From Mytilus californianus (lineage: Eukaryota), in NCBI RefSeq assembly GCF_021869535.1, contig NW_026262679.1:31310001-31374000 (forward strand): DNA of 64,000 nt, given 5' to 3'. Positions 12,601-22,679 of this stretch are shown piece after piece. Positions within the stretch are counted from its first letter, which is position 1. Each line of letters opens with the position of its first letter. Below the pieces are notes generated by a model. It did not search any database, was not told the origin of the DNA, and saw only the letters and a list, made by a program, of their open reading frames with translations. Position numbers and translations under genes: made by a program.

Positions 12601-15342
12601 ACAAAACTGTCCAGCTTCAACCTTAAATGTAAAATTAAACATTAAATTATTAAAATGTGCCACACATCTTATATGTAAACCGAACAAGAGACACTATGTC
12701 TATATTTTGGTTCAATATATCACAAATAATTTGTATAAGTTGTCTTTTATAGTTGCTGTTACAATATTTCAATTTTTGCATGGAAGTCAGTATATTGGAG
12801 AAAGAATCCTTAGCCTTTTGAAACTGAGTTCACCCCAAGATTTTAATGGGATCATATTTCTCAAACTTAGGTTTCTGTGTAATGTTTTGTGGACAATTCT
12901 TTTTCTTTTCACCCTTTTCTTTGGTGTTATCTTTTCTTCTTCAATTTTAAGTTTTCTCTTGCCACTTTTGTATCCAACTGCAATGGACACTTTACAATAA
13001 TACTGTTAGCTTGTATGAAAGAAATATGGCATACCAACAACATCATTGTGCAACTTTTCCCTATCTTGATCAAGCCATATATCATGTAATGTGAATTCGT
13101 TTAATTTCATGGATTAAGGTCAAAGTTGTATTTCGTGGATATCTTAATTCATGGTTTTTCCAAAGTCTTCATACAAGCCTATGGAAAATTTGTATTTCAT
13201 TTGACACTTATTTTCATGTCTTACGTTAACCAAAGAAATCCACGAAATTTGGTATTCCATGAATAACAATGAATCCACAGTATATATAAAGTATTACATG
13301 CTTGTTTTTTTATGGTAAAACTCATATATTTTCATACTTTAAATCTGTATCATTTACCTGCTGACATTCCCCAAATGAAGAAGCCTGTTTTGGCGTAAGA
13401 ATTTTTTCCAGACTTCCTTCAGCAAGCTGATCACTTGTGTTACTGCCCCATACATAAACATCACAGCCACCACTAACTCCTGTATTGCTGTTAGAGACTG
13501 AGGAGTTAGAGTTTTCATCAGGTCCGACACAATAGTTACTGGCATAATCAGCTGCTAAGTTGTACAGCTAAAATATAGCAGTGAAATATTTATGATCATA
13601 TTGCATAAATAAATTGTACCATTAAAGAAACACATCAGCTTTAATTAAACAAGTATAAATCAAAAGTCAGATTCCACTTTTTTCTGTAAAAATGCATTTT
13701 TTTAGTGACCCATAAAATAAGGAGTACAGGCTAGGGCTAATATAAATTAATGTCAGGTGAATATGAGCAGTAAACCATTGTAATACAATATACAAATCAA
13801 CAGTGTTCTTCTATTTTATCAATACAATGCTCTTAATGGCTGAGACACCTTGACTCTTCCATTTGGTACAGCGTATTTCAATTAAGAGAAATAACAATAG
13901 TTTAATCGTGAAACACATTACTCAATATGTAGAAATTTGAGTAAACTGAAAACTCATCTCAGAAATGTTTTAATATTTTCCTTATGACTGATTTTCTTTT
14001 ACCTCCTCAAGAAGTACTACAGCAGCAAAGTACAAAGACACAAGATTATCTCTATCTAGTGGTGGATTTCTAGTGAATGCTCCTCCTGTCATCTCTGCAC
14101 CTCCCTAAAATGCAAAAAATAACTATATAAATATTCATCTTTTAAAGTGAATTGCATTGCAACCTCTTAAAAAGTTTTAATGAACCATTGTATGTTGTTA
14201 GGTTACTTTTCATTGATGTTTATTTCACAACTCCTTTTATTCATACATACAGGTAAATTAAGTGTTAATGTAAACAGACAAGTCCCAAATAATCACAAAC
14301 GTTTTCAAATCTTGAAATAAAGTAATTTTTACATGTTTCCTTGCCGCTCTCTAAATCAGCAATTCCTCTATAAATCTGTCAATTCAAATTTGCCAACTAA
14401 ATTGTCATGAATTCTGTTTTCTACACAACTTACCACAGATCTTATCATTTGTTTAACTGTATTTGTGAAATATGTCCAACTGATACGACCTCTTGATGAT
14501 CCAGATTCTGTTCCTATGGTAACTGCAGAATGCATAGCCATGTTGATCCATTCTAAAGCATAGCATAGGGAACCTCTTTGTGCAGCCAATGATATCATAA
14601 GTTCTGCTGCTAATTTTTGACCTACTGGATCCGCACCAGCCTGAGAACTTGCAACTGCATGGAGAAAACTGTTGACTTGGTTTAGAGATTCAATTCCTAA
14701 AGGAGTAAGCTTAGCTTCATTTGCAAGGGAAAGCGGTGGAAAGCTAGATACTATTGACACTGCTGTTTGGAGAATTTCATTTGAAAATGATAATTGTCCT
14801 GTCTGTCCAGCTAAAAACCAATTCTGTTTTAACAAAGAAAACAACAAAGTCAAGCCAGTTTTTATACCCAATTCCATCAATGCATCACTGCCTTGTGGAA
14901 ATTGGAAGTTCAAGTTGGTACCTTGACAGACTGACTTTTTGTCATTAATATTCTGATTTTCTACCCCTTGGTTATATTGCCTATGATGTTGTTTGCAATA
15001 TACAGCATGATAAATACGTTGAAGCACAATCAGTCTTTTCTGTAAATGCTGAAAAAATCTAGATGAATTGCATACGACTCTGGCAAGATTTCGCTGACAA
15101 CCAAGGAAAGCATTAATTAAATGTTCCTGCTCATCAGGTGAAACCATATCATGTTCAAAGTCTGGTAGTGATGGACCCTTTAGACTGACTGGTTGCATGG
15201 GAAGTATAGAGATTTCTTTGTTGGACTGAAGCCTCTCGTATAAACCTTCCAATCCATAATTAGATGAAATACTCTCACAATCTTCATTCATCCAACTGGC
15301 ATTGAAATGGTCAGTGAACTTTGTATGTACTTGTGAATTCAT
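480..15342 (-). CDS. HERC1: HERC1 giant E3 ubiquitin ligase, 5' part (17 coding exons, N-terminus plus RCC1-like domain 1); continues left of the window
   Basis: Exons 15342-14434, 14104-14003, 13567-13358, 12621-12390, 11648-11569, 10381-10285, 9854-9711, 9318-9191, 8859-8715, 8217-8046, 6877-6743, 6065-5900, 4393-4268, 3766-3581, 2502-2347, 1261-1129, 668-480. All have GT-AG ends and compatible phases. The translation is colinear with vertebrate HERC1 as I recall it (e.g. [54 protein letters not shown]). Confidence 0.96.
1129..1261 (-). CDS. HERC1: HERC1 coding exon 16
   Basis: [25 protein letters not shown]...TTIE. Confidence 0.87.
2347..2502 (-). CDS. HERC1: HERC1 coding exon 15 (donor at 2347 or 2350)
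   Basis: [13 protein letters not shown]...[20 protein letters not shown]. Confidence 0.88.
2625..2806. mobile_element. ~180-bp MITE with TA TSD (Tc1/mariner-type)
   Basis: ta|CTGTGGATTC ... GAATCCACAG|ta; related remnants near 1885-2050 and 13085-13282. Confidence 0.7.
2955..3534. mobile_element. ~580-bp MITE with TIRs (Kolobok-like termini, family uncertain)
   Basis: AGGAGTAGGCCCAGTAAG ... CTTACCGGACCTACTCCT; near-identical copy at 60568-61144. Confidence 0.85.
3581..3766 (-). CDS. HERC1: HERC1 coding exon 14
   Basis: [23 protein letters not shown]...[15 protein letters not shown]. Confidence 0.93.
4268..4393 (-). CDS. HERC1: HERC1 coding exon 13
   Basis: [42 protein letters not shown]. 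Confidence 0.94.
4431..5512. mobile_element. Helentron/HINE-like non-autonomous element with ~190-bp internal tandem repeats (about 5 units)
   Basis: Repeated AGCTTCTGTCCAAGTTTGGTA..AATCCAGGATAGTTT near 4549, 4762, 4953, 5145 and 5339; terminal hairpin TTCGACAAAAGTCGAA. Confidence 0.7.
5900..6065 (-). CDS. HERC1: HERC1 coding exon 12
   Basis: [24 protein letters not shown]...[19 protein letters not shown]. Confidence 0.93.
6743..6877 (-). CDS. HERC1: HERC1 coding exon 11
   Basis: [12 protein letters not shown]...[11 protein letters not shown]. Confidence 0.92.
6925..7097. repeat. ~30-bp minisatellite (AAAACAATRTCATTTGAATTAAYTTAC), about 6 units
   Basis: Tandem units visible directly. Confidence 0.85.
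8046..8217 (-). CDS. HERC1: HERC1 coding exon 10
   Basis: [18 protein letters not shown]...[17 protein letters not shown]. Confidence 0.95.
8715..8859 (-). CDS. HERC1: HERC1 coding exon 9
   Basis: [16 protein letters not shown]...[11 protein letters not shown]. Confidence 0.94.
9191..9318 (-). CDS. HERC1: HERC1 coding exon 8
   Basis: [20 protein letters not shown]...MALSSTGQ. Confidence 0.94.
9711..9854 (-). CDS. HERC1: HERC1 coding exon 7
   Basis: GHGDS...[25 protein letters not shown]. Confidence 0.94.
10285..10381 (-). CDS. HERC1: HERC1 coding exon 6
   Basis: [32 protein letters not shown]. Confidence 0.95.
11569..11648 (-). CDS. HERC1: HERC1 coding exon 5
   Basis: [27 protein letters not shown]. 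Confidence 0.93.
12390..12621 (-). CDS. HERC1: HERC1 coding exon 4 (RCC1 repeats)
   Basis: VEAGQFCSF...[13 protein letters not shown]...GDVFSWGD. Confidence 0.95.
13358..13567 (-). CDS. HERC1: HERC1 coding exon 3 (start of RCC1-like domain)
   Basis: LYNLAADY...[26 protein letters not shown]...CQQ. Confidence 0.93.
14003..14104 (-). CDS. HERC1: HERC1 coding exon 2
   Basis: GGAEMTGG...[14 protein letters not shown], phase 0/0. Confidence 0.9.
14434..15342 (-). CDS. HERC1: HERC1 first coding exon (ATG at 15342)
   Basis: [17 protein letters not shown]...KQMIRSV then GTAAGT; acceptor AG just upstream of the ATG (exon starts at 15351). Confidence 0.95.
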
Positions 15343-16079
15343 ACTGGGTCTCTACAACAAAATAATTTACAATATCAAAATCCCTTACAACAGGACCAAC
15401 ATCCGGTATATGCTTCCTTATTTTAGTTTCCCTTTTCAACAGGAATTATGCTTGGATTATTTTTTTTTCAATTTGGTAAAACAAGTTATATATTGTTTAG
15501 CCTTCATTATGAAGCAAATGACATAGAGTATCTCCACTCCAGTATGTAAATATATTGTTCTTTATATATTAGGGTTAATTTCTCTACTCCAATCAGGGGC
15601 GTAGATAGGTATCGAATAAACTGTAGGTACAAAATGCGGCATGGGGTCCAGCATAGATAATCGTAGCCTTTTAATTAAGCAGTACATCCTCTTTAGTATT
15701 TTTATATCTATTCCTTTCTGATTGAGGATAATTGATATATATCATATGTACTTATTGACGATCCTTCATTAAAAAAATAGGCACGTAAACACTGAGACTA
15801 CTACCTTTATATAAAAATACTATCTTTTTGGCTAGGCATCGACCATTCATCTTTTGATTCTTAAACCTTTACCCTCCCCGGCCACACAAACACATATGCA
15901 CACACAGTCGATGCCTAATGCAGAAGTTCGGTTCTGTTCATACATGTACTATCTAACAAAATTCAAGAAATTTATATTTTCTGATATCCTGTACTGTAAA
16001 ATCCCTACCTGCCTTGGAATTTGAATAATTATTGTCATCAAACGTAGATCTGAGAGTACTAAAAATTACTGAAAGCTAG

Positions 16080-16468
16080 TTGATTGATTGATTGCTAAAC
16101 ATCCAGTGGCAAATAGTTCATGCATGTTCAGGACAAAAACAAATTTACAACTGAACAAATACAACAGGTAGTACAGTAAAAGGGGTCATCCAGGATGAAG
16201 GTCAGGAAATTTGGAAATGCCCTTGGAAACTGAGGGTTTATTGGATAGGGACAGAAATTTTGCCCTGCAGCAGACCACCTACGGACCCCTGAAAGAGTTG
16301 TTTTAAGTGTTCTTAACGTGCAGATAGCGTGGCATTCTCTCTACACTAGGCATCAGATTCAAAGCCCCCTTCTGACCAGACGTGACTGCGTATTTATATA
16401 CCCAGCACAGCCAAACAGACGCCCCACTTTGGCAAGGGTTACATTGTAGGTCTGATGAAGACTAAGTG
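16080..16468 (-). mobile_element. SINE-like retroposon with (CAAT)n tail
   Basis: TSD GAAAGCTAG at 16071 and 16469; homologous to 55521-55939. Confidence 0.75.
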
Positions 16469-16749
16469 GAAAGCTAGCTGAAAGCCAACAAAAACTAATA
16501 AAAAAAATCATGTATCTAAGAATAAAATGTCAGGGTTTTGAGCATGATGAGATTCATTCAAGTATTAATTTGTTGATAGAAGTGAAATGATCTGAACCAA
16601 AGTTCTAGTTTTTAGTTTCTATATAACTTAAGGTGGAATATAATGTACATACAATTCTATCTACCACTCGGAGTCTCCATTCACTAAGGATGATAGACTA
16701 GCATACAAATGACATTTGATAATTAAAGAGTTTTGACGACTTCACGTGC

Positions 16750-17670
16750 ATCTACAGATAACGTTGTCAGGCCATTATTTAATTGGATGAACACACAGCT
16801 ACGGAATATTAGCAACAGCAAACAGCGAGCGTACACCAAGGCTAAAAGAACTAAAAACACTAAAGATTGGAAACGTTACAAATTTCTCAAGGCAAAGCTA
16901 CAGAAAGAATCCAGGATTGCTCATGGAAAATACATGGAAGATATCATCAGCACAGAGCACAAGGAGCAACCAAAACGATTATGGTCCTACATTAAGAGCA
17001 GGAAACAAGAATCCACAGGCATTGTTATACTCAAAGACAAATATGGACTACTCCACAGCGATACACCAACTAAAGCTTCAATTTTAAACCAGCATTTCCA
17101 ATCTGTCTACACCAAAGAGGACATACATAACATGCCACATATGGGACCAAGTCCATTCCCAACTATGGACAACATCACAGTTAGCCAGGCCGGAGTTTAC
17201 AAGCTACTCCGTGGACTAAGACCATTTAAGCCACTGGGCCTGATGAAATTCCAGCTTATATACTTAAAGAAGCAGCTGAACACATATCACCATACCTGAC
17301 CATTCTTTACCAGAAATCTTTGGACACTGGAATCATTCCTGATGACTGGCGAGCTGCCAACATTGTACCAGTCTTCAAAAAAGGTGAAAAACACAAAGCC
17401 TCAAACTATCGACCAGTCTCATTGACTTCGATTTGCTGCAAACTTTTGGAACATATTGTTCATAGCACCATCATGGATCACTTTGACTACCACCAGATCC
17501 TATGTGACCATCAACACGGTTTCAGAGCAAAAAGATCTTGCGAAACCCAACTCCTGATAACACTAGATGAAATTGGCAAGAATTTAGACCAAGGAGAACA
17601 GACAGACATCATCCTGCTTGATTTCTCCAAAGCTTTTGACAAAGTGCCCCACAAGAGACTCCTCCAAATC
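16750..17670 (+). mobile_element. Non-LTR retrotransposon ORF2 (RT) fragment, CR1/L2-group, frameshifted
   Basis: KEQPKRLWSYIKS, IPDDWRAANIVPVFKKG, NYRPVSLTS, QHGFRAKRSCETQL, LDFSKAFDKVPH. Confidence 0.92.
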
Positions 17671-18317
17671 AAAGCACTGTAAGCGCTGTAGGCAGTTAAC
17701 CAAAAACCAATGCAAACGTAATTATGAAAATTGTGGCAGTGTTGCTTCAAATTTTTTTTAAGATTTGAAAGAACAAACATTAAACATTCGTATATTGTAC
17801 ATTTATGTTCATTAAATGAATTGATTATTAAGACAAATTAATTAATATTTCATCAAGGTTTTCAAAAGCAACTCATATATCAATGTAAATGACCCCCATC
17901 TTCACCCCCAAGTGCATGATGTTACTCCATACCAGTTTGGAATAAAATGACAGGTGATTAGAAAACAGTTGGTCAAACATTTTCGGGCTTTACACTGCTT
18001 GAAAGATTTATATGTTTTCTTTAAAATGAGCCATAAATGAAAATTATTATAGGCCCAGAAATAATTTAATAAATAATTAAAGTAAATTCAATTAACCTAG
18101 ACTCATTTTTTGCATCAATATAATTTTATCATAAACAAGAAATAATTGTAACAGGATGCTGTTACGAAGTCTCCCAAACAAAGCCCCCATAATTCGTCAT
18201 TCCAATGGTCTCCTGACATTGGGCAAAGTCCAGTTCATATTGGTTTGGTCTAGTAAGTGATATGCATATGTGACACCTAGGAGATTGACCCTGTATGTCA
18301 TTCAAATCTTTTTGAAA

Positions 18318-19070
18318 TGATGAACATGAATAAATATGGTTTAGGTGTGGGTATCTCGACCGTTTACAAGTTCTCAAACAGGAGGGGGTGGGGTGACCCC
18401 AGGGACTCCCCCCATATTTCAGTTGATTTGTTATATTGTCCCATACATGAAAACATATGGTTTAGGGCTGGGGATCTCGACCATTTCCAAGTTCTCAAAC
18501 AGGAGGGGCGGGGTGACCGGATGAACTCCCCATATATTTCATTTGATTTGTTATATTGTCCCATACATGAATATATATGGTTTAGGGGTGGGGATCTTGA
18601 CTGCTTACAAGTTCTCAAACAGGAGGGGGTGTGGTGTCCCCAGGGACTCCCCCTATATTTCATTTGATTTGTTTTATTGTCCCATACATGAATGTATATG
18701 GTTTAGGGGTGGGGATCTCAACCATTTCCAAGTTCTCAAACAGGAGGGGTTGGGGTGACCCCAGGGACTCCCCATATATTTCATTTGATTTGTTTTATTG
18801 TCCCATACATGAATATATATGGTTTAGGGGTGGGGATCTCGATCATTTCCAAGTTCTCAAACAGGAGGGGGTGGGACAACACCGGGGACTCCCCCAAATT
18901 ATTTTCATTTGATTTCTTTTATTGTCCCATACAAGTATATATATTGTTTAGGGGTGGGGATGGCGACGGTTTACAAGATAAAAGTACATTTTCAAATTGA
19001 AGGGGGTTGGGATGACCCCAAGGGACTCGCCCTATATTTTGGTTGATTTTTTTTATTGTCCTGTTCTCAT
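18318..19070 (+). repeat. ~120-bp tandem array (about 6 units), G-rich strand
   Basis: Unit ATATATGGTTTAGGGGTGGGGATCTCGACC...GGGACTCCCC...TTGTCCCATACATGA; same family inverted at 34510-35135. Confidence 0.92.
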
Positions 19071-19279
19071 TACTGAAGACGGCATGCGTCTATCACTGAA
19101 ATAGTCATTTGAAAATTTAAAAAAATAAAATCCCATAGGTTTCTATAGTAAACCCCTCCCTTCTTCAGGCCTCTAAATAGACCCCAATGCACAAACAAAA
19201 GATTAATGGCTCCGCTAGACATGTTAGTCTTATATTTTATGAAACCCTAAGTAAATCTGACAAACGGTCTATTATCTAA

Positions 19280-20390
19280 AACGTCATCTCAGGGGTGCCA
19301 CAGGGGACAGTCATTGGACCACTCTTATTCATGGCTTATATAAACGACCTGCCACAATCAACAACTTCTGAGGCAAGGTTATTTGCAGACGAATGCCTAG
19401 TTTATAGAAAAATAAAGAACAGAAAGGATAGCTAGACACTACAAGACGACCTCAACAAACTGCAAGAGTGGGAGTCAAGATGGCAGATGAATTTCCATCC
19501 CGAGAAGTGCATCGTGATAGGGATAACCAACAAAAGAAACCCACTGATAAGGAACTACCAACTACATGTACATGGTCACACCCTAGATGCAGTTGAGCAT
19601 GGGAAATACCTGGGAGTCACTATAAATCACTACCTACAGTGGAAGACACATATCAACCAGACGGTAGGCAAAGCATCAAGGACACTAGGCTTCCTGAGAA
19701 GGAACCTAGGGCGGTGTAAACCAGATGTCAAAGCCAATGCCTACATCACCATGGTTAGACCAACTCTTGAATACGCTTCCTCTGTATGAGACCCCTACCA
19801 ACAAAACCTTGAAAAAGATCTAGAACAAGTGCAGAGGAGGGCAGCCAGGTTCGTGTTCAATGAATACCAATATGTATCCCCAGGTTGTGTCAGCTCTTTA
19901 ATCGTGTGTTAATGGAGACACTAAGATGGGAGCCTCTTAAAGATCGCCGCTGCAAAGACTGCCTCACCATGGCCTACAAGATACACAATAGATTGGTAGA
20001 TATTGACCCATCAAACTACTACAAACCTGGAGATTCACGGACCAGAGGAGGTCACCGCATACACCAACAGCATACTCTAAAAGACATAGTACAGGTACTC
20101 CTTCTTCCTAAGATCAACCAGGGAATGGAACACACTACTGGAAAAAGCCACAACATCAGCTACACTAGAAGAGTTCAAAGCCAACCTTACCATCCTGCCA
20201 GAGGCCTTGACAGGAGCTTCTCACACCTAGAACTCCTTAGATCCCAGATGTATATAGTTTTAATTTGTAAATATTAATTACTTGCTGGTTTTGATAATGG
20301 AGGAGGAAAGGCCTCGTGTTTATACGAGCAAGAGTCATTATACACTCAAATAGAGTCCTACTCTGTATTGAAAGAAGAAGAAGAAAAAAA
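19280..20390 (+). mobile_element. Non-LTR retrotransposon RT C-terminal part and 3' end with (GAA)n/A tail
   Basis: [50 protein letters not shown]; internal stops; tail GAAAGAAGAAGAAGAAAAAA. Confidence 0.92.
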
Positions 20391-21196
20391 AAATTATGTG
20401 TAGGCACATGCCTAAAGTGCCTAACAACAGCTTCGCCCCTGCCAATGAAGTTTTTCAGACCAAGGTGTGCAATTTATGATTCTTGCGCTTTGGATATCAT
20501 TCATAGGGGTTTATGGTCTAAATTTTCGACATAAAATCATGGTATTAGAAAAACAATGTCAATGAATGGTTTTCTAAACATTGAAATTAGTGTTCTTTGA
20601 CCCCACTAAATACTAGTAACCCAAATTATTCAGGTCCCTCACATAATCAATCTATCCTACATGCTAGTTAATGAAGCCAGTGTACAGCAGGGGAACATAT
20701 TGACTTAATTATTCTGCTTAAATAATTACTTGAAAATAAGGAAAAAGGTGTCAAAATTGAAACTGGAGTATAAATGAATGATACAAACTAATTGGTGCTG
20801 TTTCTGGTTACAGAAATGAACAAAATCATTTTTTTTTTAATGAAAAGACTTTACAGGACGATTTCAGAGGGCAGGTGGGGATGAAAATTTATAAATTATT
20901 TGCCATAATTTGGTCTTCGCATATACATTTTTAGTTACATGTATGGTCTATTGGGGCAAAATGTTGCCTTTATCATGAATGTTTGTGCCTGAAAATAACC
21001 TGATATCAATAAGAGCAATTAAATTTTTTATCACTGTAAAATATACTGTCCATTAATGGGATAATACCCATTTATGAGGATCTTTCCCTAATCAAAATGG
21101 ATCAGATCTTATCTGATTTTTGGTTTTACAATGAGTTTCACCAAGTTTTGCACGTCTTCCCGTTTAATGAGAATACTAACCAGTCACTTTAATTGT

Positions 21197-21984
21197 AAAT
21201 GCAGCATTCAGTTAACCTTCAAATGAATTCCGTGCATAATTTTAATAGATGCCTTCCAAAATATTGTTTACAATTTTGTAGTCTGCAACTTTACATGCCG
21301 GAAACAGGAATTTTAGTCAATGCGCATGACTACCTAGTGATTTCCGGTATAATACCACGTGTGTTTGTTTACCAACAAACTAAATGAGAGACACCGGACA
21401 AGGTCAACATTAAGGTTCATGCGGACCCTTTGGCTAAAATGGCTGCATTTTCACCTCAAAATTTACTCTGAGTACAGACAAACCTGTGTATCTTGAAAAG
21501 TTTTAAGGCATAGCATGCCGTAGATAAATAAAATTCAAATATATTTTAGGTTTTAGAAAATTATATTTTTATACATCTAAAAAACATCTAAAATGCAGCA
21601 TTCAGTTAACCTTCAAATGAATTCCGTGCATAATTTTAATAGATGCCTTCCAAAATATTGTTTACAATTTTGTAGTCTGCAACTTTACATGCCGGAAACA
21701 GGAATTTTAGTCAATGCGCATGACTACCTAGTGATTTCCGGTATAATACCACGTGTGTTTGTTTACCAACAAACTAAATGAGAGACACCGGACAAGGTCA
21801 ACATTAAGGTTCATGCGGACCCTTTGGCTAAAATGGCTGCATTTTCACCTCAAAATTTACTCTGAGTACAGACAAACCTGTGTATCTTGAAAAGTTTTAA
21901 GGCATAGCATGCCGTAGATAAATAAAATTCAAATATATTTTAGGTTTTAGAAAATTATATTTTTATACATCTAAAAAACATCTA
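21197..21984. repeat. 394-bp tandem duplication (2 units, apparently identical)
   Basis: Units 21197-21590 and 21591-21984; identical 62-aa ORFs at 21199 and 21593. Confidence 0.95.
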
Positions 21985-22679
21985 ATAATATAACCTGTAT
22001 TTGAATAAAAATAGGATACGCGCATAGAGTGCGAACAAACCCAGGGGGCGAATGTGTAGGGTGTGAACTGACCTTATACCTTTATATACATAGATATAAG
22101 ATGATTCACACGAAGGCTTTGAGAACAGCTCTTTTAGACTTTTGTTGATTTTCAGTTAACTATATACAGTTATGCTATAAAGTAACACTATAATTTTTTT
22201 GTAATTACTAAATAGTAAAAAATAAAATATAAATTGTAATGCAAGCTACGCAATGTATTTATGAAACTTTAAATGCATGAACATGTATCAAATTACATGC
22301 AATTTGGGCTTGTGAGGACACTGCTTAAGATTTCACCTGTAACCATCTTTTTTTTTCAAGTACAGCATGATTCTCAATAGAAAATCACATTGTCACCTCC
22401 TGAACCTTAACAGCACTCTAAGCAACGGAGCTAAAGCAGTACTTCCCTATTCAACATATTACGGCTGACTATAGTACATGTATCTTCTACTCAAGGGAAG
22501 CAATCCCATTGCATACTGACAAAGTAAAATTGTTGACTTAGAAGGCTAAAATTGGTTTAATTGGAAAATACATGTATGTGTGCAGCTGTCTGATATGCTG
22601 ATATATTAACCAAGATTAGTCCTAAGTCACTGTGGTAGCACATGTTATAAAATGAAGCATATATTCTTTGTAGGTAGTC

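Noticed and set aside
14672-14948. Plus-strand ORFs of 84 and 64 aa
   Set aside because: Antisense shadows of the HERC1 exon
16452-16475. CTGATGA..GAAA motif
   Set aside because: Chance junction of a SINE end and its TSD; stems mismatch
18317-19000. Overlapping ORFs (81-116 aa) here and at 34448-35047, 24720-25480 and 59764-60143; CRISPR-like appearance
   Set aside because: By-products of tandem repeats; the units are contiguous with no unique spacers, in eukaryotic context
19070-19115. CTGAAGA...GAAATAGTC possible hammerhead
   Set aside because: Stems I and II cannot be paired convincingly
21199-21781. Two identical 62-aa ORFs
   Set aside because: Arise from the 394-bp duplication; no protein features or splice support
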